Origin: Candidatus Latescibacterota bacterium
GTDB taxonomy: Bacteria > Latescibacterota > UBA2968 > UBA8231
Direction: 5' to 3'
DNA: 64,000 nt
Assembly: GCA_965200315.1 (NCBI GenBank)
Contig: OZ241362.1
Coordinates: forward strand, 1,632,001-1,696,000
Shown here: positions 9,805-18,576 of the stretch, piece after piece
Position numbering within the stretch: position 1 is the stretch's first letter
Layout: the number at the start of each line of letters is the position of its first letter
Program-made: the position numbers and the translations under genes
The notes under the pieces: model-generated
What the model was told of the DNA's origin: nothing
The model's input: only the letters and a program-made list of their open reading frames with translations
Database searches by the model: none

Positions 9805-10755
9805 ATGACCACCGCCTTCCCCGACGCGTTCCGCACCCGCTTGCAAGCCATGCTCCCGCCCGAGTGCTTTGCTGCCTGCTGGCAGACCTTTGCCGCCGAG
9901 CAGCCGACCGCCTTCCGCACCAACCACCTCAAGGGGCCAGCCGACGCACTGTGCGCTGAACTTTCTGCGGCTGGCTTTGCGCTGACGCCCCTTTCTTGGA
10001 AAGCCGACGCCTTCTTTGTGCCGGCCGCCCAACGCCGCGCCCTCACCGAATGCGCGGCCTACCGCGAAGGCCGGCTCTACATCCAAAACCCCTCCAGCAT
10101 GGTGCCGCCGATTCTCCTAGAGCCGCAAAGCGGGGAACGCATTCTCGACTTAGGGGCCGCTCCGGGCAGCAAAACCTTGCAGCTTGCCGAGCTAATGGGC
10201 AATCAGGGCTCTATCTTGGCGGTGGAATCCGTGCGCGGCCGCTTCTTTCGCTTGCGCGACAACTTGGCGCGGCACGGGGCCGCAAACGTGCAGACCCACC
10301 TCGCCGACGGAACCCGCTTCTGGCGCAAGCACTGCGAACAATTCGACCGCGTACTCCTCGACGCGCCGTGCTCGTCCGAAGGTCGCTTCCGCGCCGACGC
10401 GCCCAAGACCTATGCCTATTGGAGCGAGAGGAAGATCCGCGAGGCCAGCCGCAAGCAGCGGCGGCTCGCCTATGCGGCCGTGCAATGCCTCAAGCTGGGC
10501 GGGGTGCTGGTCTATTCGACTTGTACCTTCGCGCCCGAAGAAAACGAGGCCATAATCAACCGGCTGCGGCGGCAGTTCGCCGGTGCCCTAACCATAGAGG
10601 CCATCGCGCTGCCCTTTGCCAATGTGGCGTCGGGCTTGGGCCAGTGGCAGGGCAAGGCGTTTGACTCGCAAGTGCAACGGGCTAAGCGAATTTTGCCAGC
10701 CGGGGGGATGGAGGGGTTTTTCGTGTGCCGACTGCGGAAGACGGAGAGAATCTGA
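9805..10755 (+). CDS. RsmB/NOP family RNA m5C methyltransferase (RsmF-like)
   Basis: YIQNPSSM, LDLGAAPGSKT, FDRVLLDAPCS and LVYSTCTFAPEENE motifs. Confidence 0.92.
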   Translation: MTTAFPDAFRTRLQAMLPPECFAACWQTFAAEQPTAFRTNHLKGPADALCAELSAAGFALTPLSWKADAFFVPAAQRRALTECAAYREGRLYIQNPSSMVPPILLEPQSGERILDLGAAPGSKTLQLAELMGNQGSILAVESVRGRFFRLRDNLARHGAANVQTHLADGTRFWRKHCEQFDRVLLDAPCSSEGRFRADAPKTYAYWSERKIREASRKQRRLAYAAVQCLKLGGVLVYSTCTFAPEENEAIINRLRRQFAGALTIEAIALPFANVASGLGQWQGKAFDSQVQRAKRILPAGGMEGFFVCRLRKTERI

Positions 10756-10805
10756 CTCGGATGCTTCTTAGAGCGCAACTCCCTAAAGGGCCTATTTCCA
10801 CCGGC

Positions 10806-11414
10806 TCATAATTCGCGATAGGCCCCTTGAAATACCTCTCTAACGTGCCAACCTGTGAAATCTACCTTCGGATAATAGGATAGGCTCTGCGGAAAGTTAA
10901 TTTTTTGCCGTGAAACCGCATCAGCCATTCACAAAAGCCAACTGACCCATGTGCGTCATCTGACACCATTATCTCCCACTGCTTGGACAGCGTAAAAGCT
11001 CCGCGGTCGAATAGCTTATAGTGCATCACGCACAGAGTCAGTCCATTCACTATCTGATTAGGGCCACCTGCCGCATGCCATTTGATGTGAGAGGCTTCTA
11101 ACCCAATGGAAGAATGCCCCAATTTCACATCAAAGCCGCAGATAGCACATTTGTGTTCATAGGCTCTGAGAAGCCGTCTGACAACTCCAAGTTCGGCTCC
11201 TCAGATAGCGCAAAGAGCCTTGGTTCGAGGGCGTCTCGCCCTCGGAAAACGCTTAACGCCAAGGATACGGACTAGCCCACACCAAGCAAGCATGGGGGGT
11301 TTTCAGACCGCCTCTGAGGACATTTTCCCTAAAATTGGCAGTGCGCTTTCTCGTCCCAAAAACCCGTAGAGTAACCAGAATCGGCTTGCATGGCTTAACT
11401 AAGTGCTGCACCAT
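10806..11414 (-). pseudogene. HNH endonuclease remnant, interrupted by a MITE and frameshifted
   Basis: Removing 11170-11314 and one TGA copy gives ...NFRENVLRAYEHKCAICGFDVKLG...LEASHIKWH...NGLTLCVMHYKLFDRGAF. A frameshift at the A6 run near 10901-10906 restores ...WHVREVFQGAYREL*. Confidence 0.8.
11170..11314. mobile_element. MITE-like element, 145 bp, inserted in the HNH gene
   Basis: Ends GAAGCCGTCTGACAACTCC and reverse complement GAGGCGGTCTGAAAACCCC (15/19); TGA duplicated at 11167-11169 and 11315-11317; internal palindrome GAGGGCGTCTCGCCCTC. Confidence 0.82.
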
Positions 11415-11498
11415 GAATTGGGTCGCCACCGGAGGCGACCGTCCATCTAGCCAAAGGGAATGTCGTCAATCGCTCCTTGAGGAGTAATATAAAAGCGT

Positions 11499-13595
11499 TC
11501 AATCCCCCATCCACCCGCCAATCCCCAAATGCAACCTCCGGCCCGCCGCCGGCTCAAAGAAGCGCGACCCAAAGGCGTTGGGAACGACCGACCCGTTGTA
11601 GCGAGCGGCCAACAGATTATCGACCCGCAGAAAAACCCGAGCCCGGCCATACTCCATCCCCAAGCGCACATCCACCCGCGAGTACGCGCGGTTAAAAAAC
11701 GCATCAGCGGCCGCGTCGCTTGCCGGCGGCGGGCCGTTGAAGTCATTGGCCCAGTAGCGGCCGACCCGCTCTAATTCGACCTCGGCAAACAGGCCCTGCG
11801 GACTGTCGTAGCTCAGCGCGGCGAAAAGCCGGTGGCGCGGCACGCCCGGCACCTCGTTGCCAGCAAGCTGAACCAGACCGCCCGCGGCCTCAACCTCGTA
11901 GTCCTCAAAAACATAGTCGCCAAAAGTGTATGCGAAGGAGGTCCGCAGCCCACAGAGCGGCACGGCCGACAGCGAGAGTTCCAACCCCCGATTGCGCGCT
12001 TGGCCGGCGTTGCGGAAGTAAATCTCCTCGCTGTCTTCGCTCTCAACCTGAAAGGGAATCAGCGCGTCGGCGATCTGGAGTTGGTACAGGGCCACTTCCA
12101 AATCCAAGCGCGCCCGGCGCAGATGGCGGCGCAGGCCCGTCTCCAACCCGAGGACGCGCTCCGGGCCTAGATCCGGGTTGAAGCCACCCTCGCCACTGGG
12201 CCGGTTGCCCAACTCAGAGGTGGTGGGCGTCTGGAAGGCCGTGGCAACATGGGCGTACCAACGCGAGAAAGGGTCAAGGCGGTACACTACGCCCGCCATC
12301 GGACTGAATTGATCCATGTCGCGCGACTGGTCGTCAACGGCAAAGCGATAGCGGTCGTAGCGGCCGCCAACGGTCGCGGTCAGCGCATCTCCCACATCCT
12401 TTTCCAGCGATACAAACGGCCCAACACTTTGCACCTTTTCCTCCTGATTCACCTGCCCAGCCCCGTACTGCACCAGCCCAAAGACGCGGTCGTCGGCCAC
12501 GCGTACGCCCTCGGGCACACCCTCGTTGGCGAACTCGCGGCGGTCGTCGCGCTGGAAGTCCAAGTCGAGGCCGGCTATAAGGCGCGTACCAGCCCAAGCG
12601 AACTGGTGCTCGGTGCGCACCCCGCCGGCGCGGCGGTCGAGCTCGATAATGCGGCCTGGTATGGGGTTTTTGAGCGCACGACCAACGCCGTACAGTACGA
12701 GGCTCGACGTGCGGTGGTGCGGCGCATGCAGCGGGCGATATTCGAGACGCATCCCGCCTTGGCCTTGGCGCACCTTTTTAGCGGCCCCCTGCCCAATCAC
12801 AAACCCGCGGACGCTGCGCGGACGGGTGCGAGCCGTCTCCGCGTCGAGCGAGCTAGGGTTGAACAAATAGGGCGCGTCATACCAGTGGAACAGGAGCGTC
12901 AGTTCAACTTGCGGCCCTAGAGTCCGGCCAACGAGCGCGTTGAGGCCGCGGGCGCGGGCGGCGGCGTGGTCTCGGTAGCCTTCGCTGCGCAGATCGTACA
13001 AACTGGCGAACGCGTAGGTGTTGGCGGCGCGGCCCGAAAGGCTCGTCTGTGCGCGGAACAGGCCGTTGCTGCCGGCTACTAAGCGCGGCTCCACGCGCCA
13101 AGTAGCCTCGGCCGGCACTTGGGTGTGGGCCGCGAGCACGCCGCCGCCCGCATTGCCGTACAGCGAAGAGCTGGGGCCACGCAGAATTTCGATGCGGCCT
13201 GTTGATCCCAAGTCGAGGTTGTTGAGCTGGCTCTGGCCGTCGGGCATGGTCAGCGGGATGCCGTCGAGCAAGACCTTAACCCCGCGGACGCCAAAGGCCG
13301 CACGAGCACCCAAGCCGCGCACACTGAGCCGATCGCCTTGGGAGAGGTTGTGGCGGTTGGCGACAAAAAGCCCGGGCACCGGACGCAGCGACTCGGCCAG
13401 CGAGATCCCGGGCCGCGCACGCCCGATATCCGCGACCACAGCCGTGGCGAGCGGCAGGTCAAACCCCTCGCGCGGCGCACGCGTCGCCGTGACTTCGATG
13501 GGGGGCATTTGGTAGCGGGGCTCAGGATCGTCGGCACGGGCAATTCCGGCGATCAGGATTAGCGATAGGCACTGGATTAACTCGTTTTTTTTCAT
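11499..13595 (-). CDS. TonB-dependent receptor (YncD/PqqU-like)
   Basis: Signal peptide, IEVTATR TonB-box region, plug motifs SVRGLG, LLDGIPLTMPDGQSQ and RIEILRGPSSSLYGNAGGG, C-terminal VDNL..EPAAGR. Confidence 0.9.
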   Translation of the reverse strand: MKKNELIQCLSLILIAGIARADDPEPRYQMPPIEVTATRAPREGFDLPLATAVVADIGRARPGISLAESLRPVPGLFVANRHNLSQGDRLSVRGLGARAAFGVRGVKVLLDGIPLTMPDGQSQLNNLDLGSTGRIEILRGPSSSLYGNAGGGVLAAHTQVPAEATWRVEPRLVAGSNGLFRAQTSLSGRAANTYAFASLYDLRSEGYRDHAAARARGLNALVGRTLGPQVELTLLFHWYDAPYLFNPSSLDAETARTRPRSVRGFVIGQGAAKKVRQGQGGMRLEYRPLHAPHHRTSSLVLYGVGRALKNPIPGRIIELDRRAGGVRTEHQFAWAGTRLIAGLDLDFQRDDRREFANEGVPEGVRVADDRVFGLVQYGAGQVNQEEKVQSVGPFVSLEKDVGDALTATVGGRYDRYRFAVDDQSRDMDQFSPMAGVVYRLDPFSRWYAHVATAFQTPTTSELGNRPSGEGGFNPDLGPERVLGLETGLRRHLRRARLDLEVALYQLQIADALIPFQVESEDSEEIYFRNAGQARNRGLELSLSAVPLCGLRTSFAYTFGDYVFEDYEVEAAGGLVQLAGNEVPGVPRHRLFAALSYDSPQGLFAEVELERVGRYWANDFNGPPPASDAAADAFFNRAYSRVDVRLGMEYGRARVFLRVDNLLAARYNGSVVPNAFGSRFFEPAAGRRLHLGIGGWMGD

Positions 13596-13653
13596 AGCAT
13601 TTAAAGAACACCACGAAGAAATACAGACGCAAACCGAGAGTTAGGACCAAGCC

Positions 13654-14109
13654 ATGAGCATGGGAATCGCCCTAGTACTGTTGCTAGGTGGCTGCTTTGC
13701 CGCAGAGGACGGACCAAGCGGCACGGCCAACGTGCTGTACAGCGAAGTCGAGTTTGTCGAGGACGAGGGGCTGGAAGGCAGCGTAGCGATCGACAGCTTG
13801 ACTTGGTTGCCGTTTTTTTTAGAGCCGGGACTCGGGACAACAGCGGAATTCGAGGGAATCTTTGTGGCCGTATTCCGCAATGTCAGCGACGCCACTGTGT
13901 GGGTGCGCTACGACTTGCGGTTTTTCGATCAAGAGGAATTTCTAATCGACGCGTTTATACCGCTTGGCCAGCCGGTAGTCCTCAGTGCCGGAGAAACGCG
14001 ACGCGTGGAAGGGGACTTTCTGATTCGCACCAACGATCCGCGCGATTTTGAGCGACTCGCCCTGATGAGGCTGGTAGCGCGCATCAGGCGACCCGACTCT
14101 CTCAAGTAG
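13654..14109 (+). CDS. Hypothetical lipoprotein
   Basis: Hydrophobic leader with lipobox LGGC; beta-rich body with YDLRFFD (FxLYD-like). Confidence 0.65.
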   Translation: MSMGIALVLLLGGCFAAEDGPSGTANVLYSEVEFVEDEGLEGSVAIDSLTWLPFFLEPGLGTTAEFEGIFVAVFRNVSDATVWVRYDLRFFDQEEFLIDAFIPLGQPVVLSAGETRRVEGDFLIRTNDPRDFERLALMRLVARIRRPDSLK

Positions 14110-14127
14110 GAATTCTTAATTCCTAAT

Positions 14128-14925
14128 TCAAAACGCCACAAAGCCCCCGCACACGGGAATGCACTGGCCGGTGACGTAATCCGAAAGGTCGGACGCCAAA
14201 AACTCCACCACCCGAGCGCAGTCTTCGGGCGTTCCTAAGCGGCGGAGGGGAATCTGCGGCTCTAGGTGCTGGCGCGATTCCTCGCTGTTGCGGCCCTGAG
14301 CCACGGCGCGAGACGACAGAATTAGGCCCGGGGCGATGCAGTTGACGTGGATGCCATAAGGGCCTAACTCGGCGGCGAGCACTCGCGTGTAGTGGACGAT
14401 GCCGGCTTTGGCCACCTTGTAGGGCATCCCGCCGCCATCGCGCCCGCTCCACAAGCCCGCTTGCGAGGCCACGTTGATGATTTTGCCGGACAAAGCTTCC
14501 TTCATCGCCGCGCTGACCGCTTGACAGCAGTGGATGGTGGCGGTGAGGTTAATATCCATTATGTAGCGGTAGTGGTCTTCCCCAGCCAAGGAGGCGGCTT
14601 GTTCTTCGTGAGAGCGTAAATTGCCACCGGCGTTGTTGACGAGTATGTCGATGCGGCCAAAGGCGTCGAGCCCCGCGGCGACCAAGGCATCTACTGATTG
14701 GCGGTCGGTGACATCCACGGCAATGCCCACGCCGCGGCGACCGAGATTGACGATTTCGGCTTCCACCGTCTCAGCCGTGAGTTCTTCGCCGTATTCGCGG
14801 GCGGCCTGTAGGTCTATGTCGGCGATGATAATGTCCGCGCCCAAGCGGGCCAGATGGAGGACGTAAGCGCGACCCAAGCCGCGTGCGCCGCCTGTGATGA
14901 GAGCTACCTTGCCTTCGAGCGACAT
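14128..14925 (-). CDS. Short-chain dehydrogenase/reductase (SDR)
   Basis: TGGARGLG, NNAG, YKVAK (YxxxK), NCIAPG and YVTGQ motifs. Confidence 0.95.
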   Translation of the reverse strand: MSLEGKVALITGGARGLGRAYVLHLARLGADIIIADIDLQAAREYGEELTAETVEAEIVNLGRRGVGIAVDVTDRQSVDALVAAGLDAFGRIDILVNNAGGNLRSHEEQAASLAGEDHYRYIMDINLTATIHCCQAVSAAMKEALSGKIINVASQAGLWSGRDGGGMPYKVAKAGIVHYTRVLAAELGPYGIHVNCIAPGLILSSRAVAQGRNSEESRQHLEPQIPLRRLGTPEDCARVVEFLASDLSDYVTGQCIPVCGGFVAF

Positions 14926-15077
14926 CGAAAATCTCCTTTTCCAAATAATTAGGACACGACATCAATCGTCGGCAACCAACGAGAAGCCAAGAGAACTGGA
15001 GAAAACTTGCATGACAAGAGGAACGTTTGGCAAATTAGGTGCTGACGAATGCGCGCTATCTAGCAGAAAGAGGTCGA

Positions 15078-16463
15078 ATGGCAGAGCAAATCGGTGCAAT
15101 CATTGAACAGGGGCCAGAGGACTGGCAGATCGTACAGCAGGACGAACGTGGGGAAGGAAGGATTGAGCTAGAGGGTCGGTGGAAGTTTGAAACTCCCGGA
15201 CAAGTGGAAATGCGCTTGGTGTGGGAAGATACGGGGGTAGCGGTTGCGGCCAGTTTGGACTGGCAAGCGGTACCGACAGCGGAGGATGGGACCTATAAGG
15301 GTGCTTTGGAACGCATACCCGCAGGAGGGCTTTATCGGCTGGAAACGCGGTTGCGGACGGCGGAAAATCCGGCTGGGGAGTGGTCGCCGCGGGGAGATAT
15401 GCGGCACTTTTTGGGCATAGGCGATTTGTGGGTGATTGCCGGGCAGAGCAATTCGGCTGGATACGGGCGCGGGCCATACGAAGATCCAGTCGAGTTAGGG
15501 GTCCATCTGTTTAGGAACAGCGAACACTGGGCACTGGCGACGCATCCGATGAACGAATCGACGGATACCCAACACGCAGTAAACCGCGAGGCCGCCAATC
15601 CAGGGCACTCCCCCTACTTGCAATTTGGCCGTACGCTCAAAAGGACGCTCTCTCACCCAATAGGTTTGGTACAGACGGCGTTGGGAGGCTCTCCGCTTTC
15701 TCGCTGGAATCCCGGCGAGCCTCGGGCAGCGGATTTGTTTGACAATATGGTGCAGCGCGTGGACAAAGTAGGGGGAAAGGTCCGGGGGATAGTGTGGTAC
15801 CAAGGAGAAAGCGATACCGGAACGGACGCGGACGCGACCAGTTATGCGCAGCGGTTCCAGCAAGCGGTCGCCGCTTGGCGGGAGGCCCTTGCCGACGCGG
15901 CGTTGCCGGTGCTCACCGTGCAGCTAAATCGCGTGTACCAACCCGCCGACCCGGATGCCGATCGGCGCTGGAGCCAAGTGCGCGAGGCCCAGCGGCAGGT
16001 GGCGCGGCAAATGCCGGGCGTAGGCGTGGTGCCGGCACTCGACTTGCCGCTTGCGGACCAGATTCACACCAGTCCCGCTGGCAACATGCTCTTGGGCGAG
16101 CGGTTGGCGCAGGCGGCTTTGGGGCTGGTCTATGGTCAGGCGATAGCTTGGCAGGCACCGGATTTGGCGGCGGCCCGGCAGCGGGGCGACCGAGTCGAGC
16201 TAGCGTTTGCAGCCGTCGAGAGCCGGATGGACAGCATCGACCTAGAGGCCAATAGCTTCCGGGTCGAGGATGCGGCCGGCGAGGTGCCAATCGCAGCGGC
16301 AGTCTATCCCCAAGACCACCGCGTCAAGTTGGTCTTGGAGCGGCCCTTGCAAGGAGCGACTAGCGTCCACGGCGGCTACGGCAAAGCCCCGGCGACCGTG
16401 CCGGCGGATATGGAGCGATTCTTGCCCATGTTGGGCTTTTGGGGCGTGGAGATTGTCCGATGA
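15078..16463 (+). CDS. Sialate O-acetylesterase (SASA/CE6-like SGNH hydrolase)
   Basis: WVIAGQSNS, GIVWYQGESD and DQIH (DxxH) motifs. Confidence 0.88.
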   Translation: MAEQIGAIIEQGPEDWQIVQQDERGEGRIELEGRWKFETPGQVEMRLVWEDTGVAVAASLDWQAVPTAEDGTYKGALERIPAGGLYRLETRLRTAENPAGEWSPRGDMRHFLGIGDLWVIAGQSNSAGYGRGPYEDPVELGVHLFRNSEHWALATHPMNESTDTQHAVNREAANPGHSPYLQFGRTLKRTLSHPIGLVQTALGGSPLSRWNPGEPRAADLFDNMVQRVDKVGGKVRGIVWYQGESDTGTDADATSYAQRFQQAVAAWREALADAALPVLTVQLNRVYQPADPDADRRWSQVREAQRQVARQMPGVGVVPALDLPLADQIHTSPAGNMLLGERLAQAALGLVYGQAIAWQAPDLAAARQRGDRVELAFAAVESRMDSIDLEANSFRVEDAAGEVPIAAAVYPQDHRVKLVLERPLQGATSVHGGYGKAPATVPADMERFLPMLGFWGVEIVR

Positions 16464-17176
16464 TTATGGTACGCGCAAGCATCTTATCGTTTGCCCTGCT
16501 GTTCGGCAGTGCTGGGGCACAGGCGAATCTGGTAGATTCCTGGGAGGGCTGCCAGAGCGAGCTTGGCCCCTTGGTAGAGCATTTCTATATCGAGTTCAAT
16601 AGCGATGGGCGCTTCCGCCGCTTGGTACTTAGGGACGATCCCGAGCGGCCCGTGACCGAAGAGCAAGGCCAGTACGAAGCCGCTGACGGCGTTGTAACCT
16701 TGCGCTATACCGCGAACGTCAACGGGGTGCTGGCCAAACAAAGCGAAGCCGTGCCCTTCCGGCTAGAGGACGACACCCTGTATTGGGGAGCCGAACCGGC
16801 TCTCGCCTTGGCGCGAGCAGGGGAACTAGGCGACGAACTATTGGGCCGGTGGGGCATCGTCAATTTTGCCGGTGGGACGCTGGCCGGGCACGTGGTCTTC
16901 CGGGCGGATGGGACCTATGAGCTAGAATTGGGCGGCGTTGGGCACAGCGGGCTGTGGTCGCGGGCGGGATCGGGCGTGGTTCACTGGCCGACCGAGGCCG
17001 ACGACTCCGGGATCATTGGATTGCCGGCCGTGTGGACTCACGTCCGCATCAGCGGCGACCAGCTCTTCTACGACATCGCCTGTAGTTTCACCGTTGAGGC
17101 CGTGCGGTTGGCTACAGCCATAGCAGAGGTATCCTGGGGAGCGATTAAGAGTCGTCTCGTAGGCCCGCCAAGATAG
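16460..17176 (+). CDS. Secreted hypothetical protein with C-terminal SWGxIK motif
   Basis: ATGA-coupled to the esterase; signal peptide; two lipocalin-like beta repeats (FNSDGRF, FRADGTY); tail TAIAEVSWGAIK. Confidence 0.7.
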   Translation: MIMVRASILSFALLFGSAGAQANLVDSWEGCQSELGPLVEHFYIEFNSDGRFRRLVLRDDPERPVTEEQGQYEAADGVVTLRYTANVNGVLAKQSEAVPFRLEDDTLYWGAEPALALARAGELGDELLGRWGIVNFAGGTLAGHVVFRADGTYELELGGVGHSGLWSRAGSGVVHWPTEADDSGIIGLPAVWTHVRISGDQLFYDIACSFTVEAVRLATAIAEVSWGAIKSRLVGPPR

Positions 17177-18098
17177 CCGTAGCAAGCTCCATAGTAGCGA
17201 TGGCCTCGTCCAAGTCCGCAGCCGGTGGGCCGATGGGACGACCGGCCTTGATGCAGTCAAAAAAGTGGGTGGCTTGGGCTTGGGTACTGTCCACACCCTC
17301 CTTTTGCAAGTGCTTGCGCTCGCCGTCGCAGACCAACTCACAGGTGGAAATCCCCTCTAAATAGGCCGAAATGTCGCGGCCGTGGATTTCGTAGCGCTCT
17401 AAACGGGCGTCGGTGGTGTAGTTGGCGCATAGCTGGGCGACGCAGTCGTTTTCAAAGACGACTAACGCAGCGTGGACGTCCTTGTAGGCAGATGTGCGCC
17501 GGACGAAGCTGTGGACTGCGGCGACCGGCGCTCCACCCAAGTGGCGCACCAAGTCAATCGCGTGGATCGGGCTTTCGAGCAGCATGTTGTCCATGACGAT
17601 CTCGGGGAAGCGGCCAGCGGCGACAAAACGGCTCATGCTCTTGTGGAACTCGCCGACTAGCTGGTAGATCGGCCCGCGCGACTCAATCTCCTCGCGCACT
17701 TGCAGGACCAGCGGATCAAAGCGGCGATTCCAGCCGACCATGCCACGGGCACCGTTGGCCTCGGCGGCCTCTTTGAGGGCGTGGGTCTGGTCCAAGCTCA
17801 TGCCCGGCGGCTTCTCCAGCAGGGTGTCGATGCCCCGCTCCAAGCACGGCAGAGCCGCCGCGGCGTTGAGATGAGCCGGGGTCGCGACGATCACCGCGGC
17901 CAATTCCTCGGCGTCTAGCATGGCCTCTACGTCCGCGTAGCGGCGTTGGACTCCCCACTCGTCGCCCACTTGTTCGCGGTTTGCCGCAACCGGGTCGCAG
18001 ACGGCGACCAACTCGACATCCGCCAACGCCTGCAAGACGCGCACGTGGCCGCGACCGCGACCGCCGCAGCCAACCAATCCGACAGGTATATTCGCCAT
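17145..18098 (-). CDS. Gfo/Idh/MocA family oxidoreductase
   Basis: VGLVGCGGRG, LLEKPPG, GWNRRF and IHAID motifs; AGGAG RBS. Confidence 0.92.
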   Translation of the reverse strand: MANIPVGLVGCGGRGRGHVRVLQALADVELVAVCDPVAANREQVGDEWGVQRRYADVEAMLDAEELAAVIVATPAHLNAAAALPCLERGIDTLLEKPPGMSLDQTHALKEAAEANGARGMVGWNRRFDPLVLQVREEIESRGPIYQLVGEFHKSMSRFVAAGRFPEIVMDNMLLESPIHAIDLVRHLGGAPVAAVHSFVRRTSAYKDVHAALVVFENDCVAQLCANYTTDARLERYEIHGRDISAYLEGISTCELVCDGERKHLQKEGVDSTQAQATHFFDCIKAGRPIGPPAADLDEAIATMELATAILAGLRDDS

Positions 18099-18150
18099 AG
18101 ATAGCTCCTTTTCTGTGGTTCCTGAGCGCCGGATAACGCGGCCTATCCCA

Positions 18151-18264
18151 CTAGTTGAACCAAAAGGAATAGAGCCGTGTCTTTTCGAGCAAGATGCGCA
18201 GTTTGATCGCCTTGCCCTCCAGATGACTCAGGTCTGCACTGCCGTTCCAAGCCACGACTTCAAA
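18151..18264 (-). pseudogene. Orphan C-terminal gene fragment
   Basis: Reads FEVVAWNGSADLSHLEGKAIKLRILLEKTRLYSFWFN*; an in-frame stop and no start codon lie upstream; resembles the tail of glycosidase-like proteins. Confidence 0.55.
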
Positions 18265-18351
18265 GTTTGAAATTCTAGGACCTCATGTTTCATGGACTTA
18301 CTAATCCCTTTAACTAATAGGAAATATTTTTAACGAGAGCTGTTTTGAAAG

Positions 18352-18388
18352 AAAACCCCCGTGCCGGAAAATTTGGCACGGGGGTTTT
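18352..18388 (-). terminator. Rho-independent terminator downstream of tRNA-Arg
   Basis: AAAACCCCCGTGCC-loop-GGCACGGGGGTTTT hairpin. Confidence 0.85.
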
Positions 18389-18393
18389 GGGAA

Positions 18394-18470
18394 TGGCGCA
18401 CCCACAGGGACTCGAACCCCGAACCTTCTGATCCGTAGTCAGGTGCTCTATCCAATTGAGCTATGGGTGC
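18394..18470 (-). tRNA. tRNA-Arg(ACG)
   Basis: GCACCCATAGCTCAATTGGATAGAGCACCTGACTACGGATCAG...GGTTCGAGTCC...GGGTGCGCCA cloverleaf. Confidence 0.97.
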
Positions 18471-18547
18471 ATAGCAAACTGTTCGGCCCCAGTGCAGTCC
18501 GGCCTCCGAATGAGGGCCGCATTGGAACCGCAAAGTAGTGTTATAAA

Positions 18548-18576
18548 ATAATAGACGCCGCCCCCTCGCCCGTCAA
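18548..18576 (-). promoter_or_regulatory. Putative sigma70 promoter for tRNA-Arg(ACG)
   Basis: TTGACG-N17-TATTAT on the minus strand. Confidence 0.6.

Noticed and set aside
15078-15850. Apparently lower-GC 5' half of the esterase gene (possible mosaic)
   Set aside because: This is a visual impression only; it needs a GC3 or codon-usage calculation, and the frame is intact.
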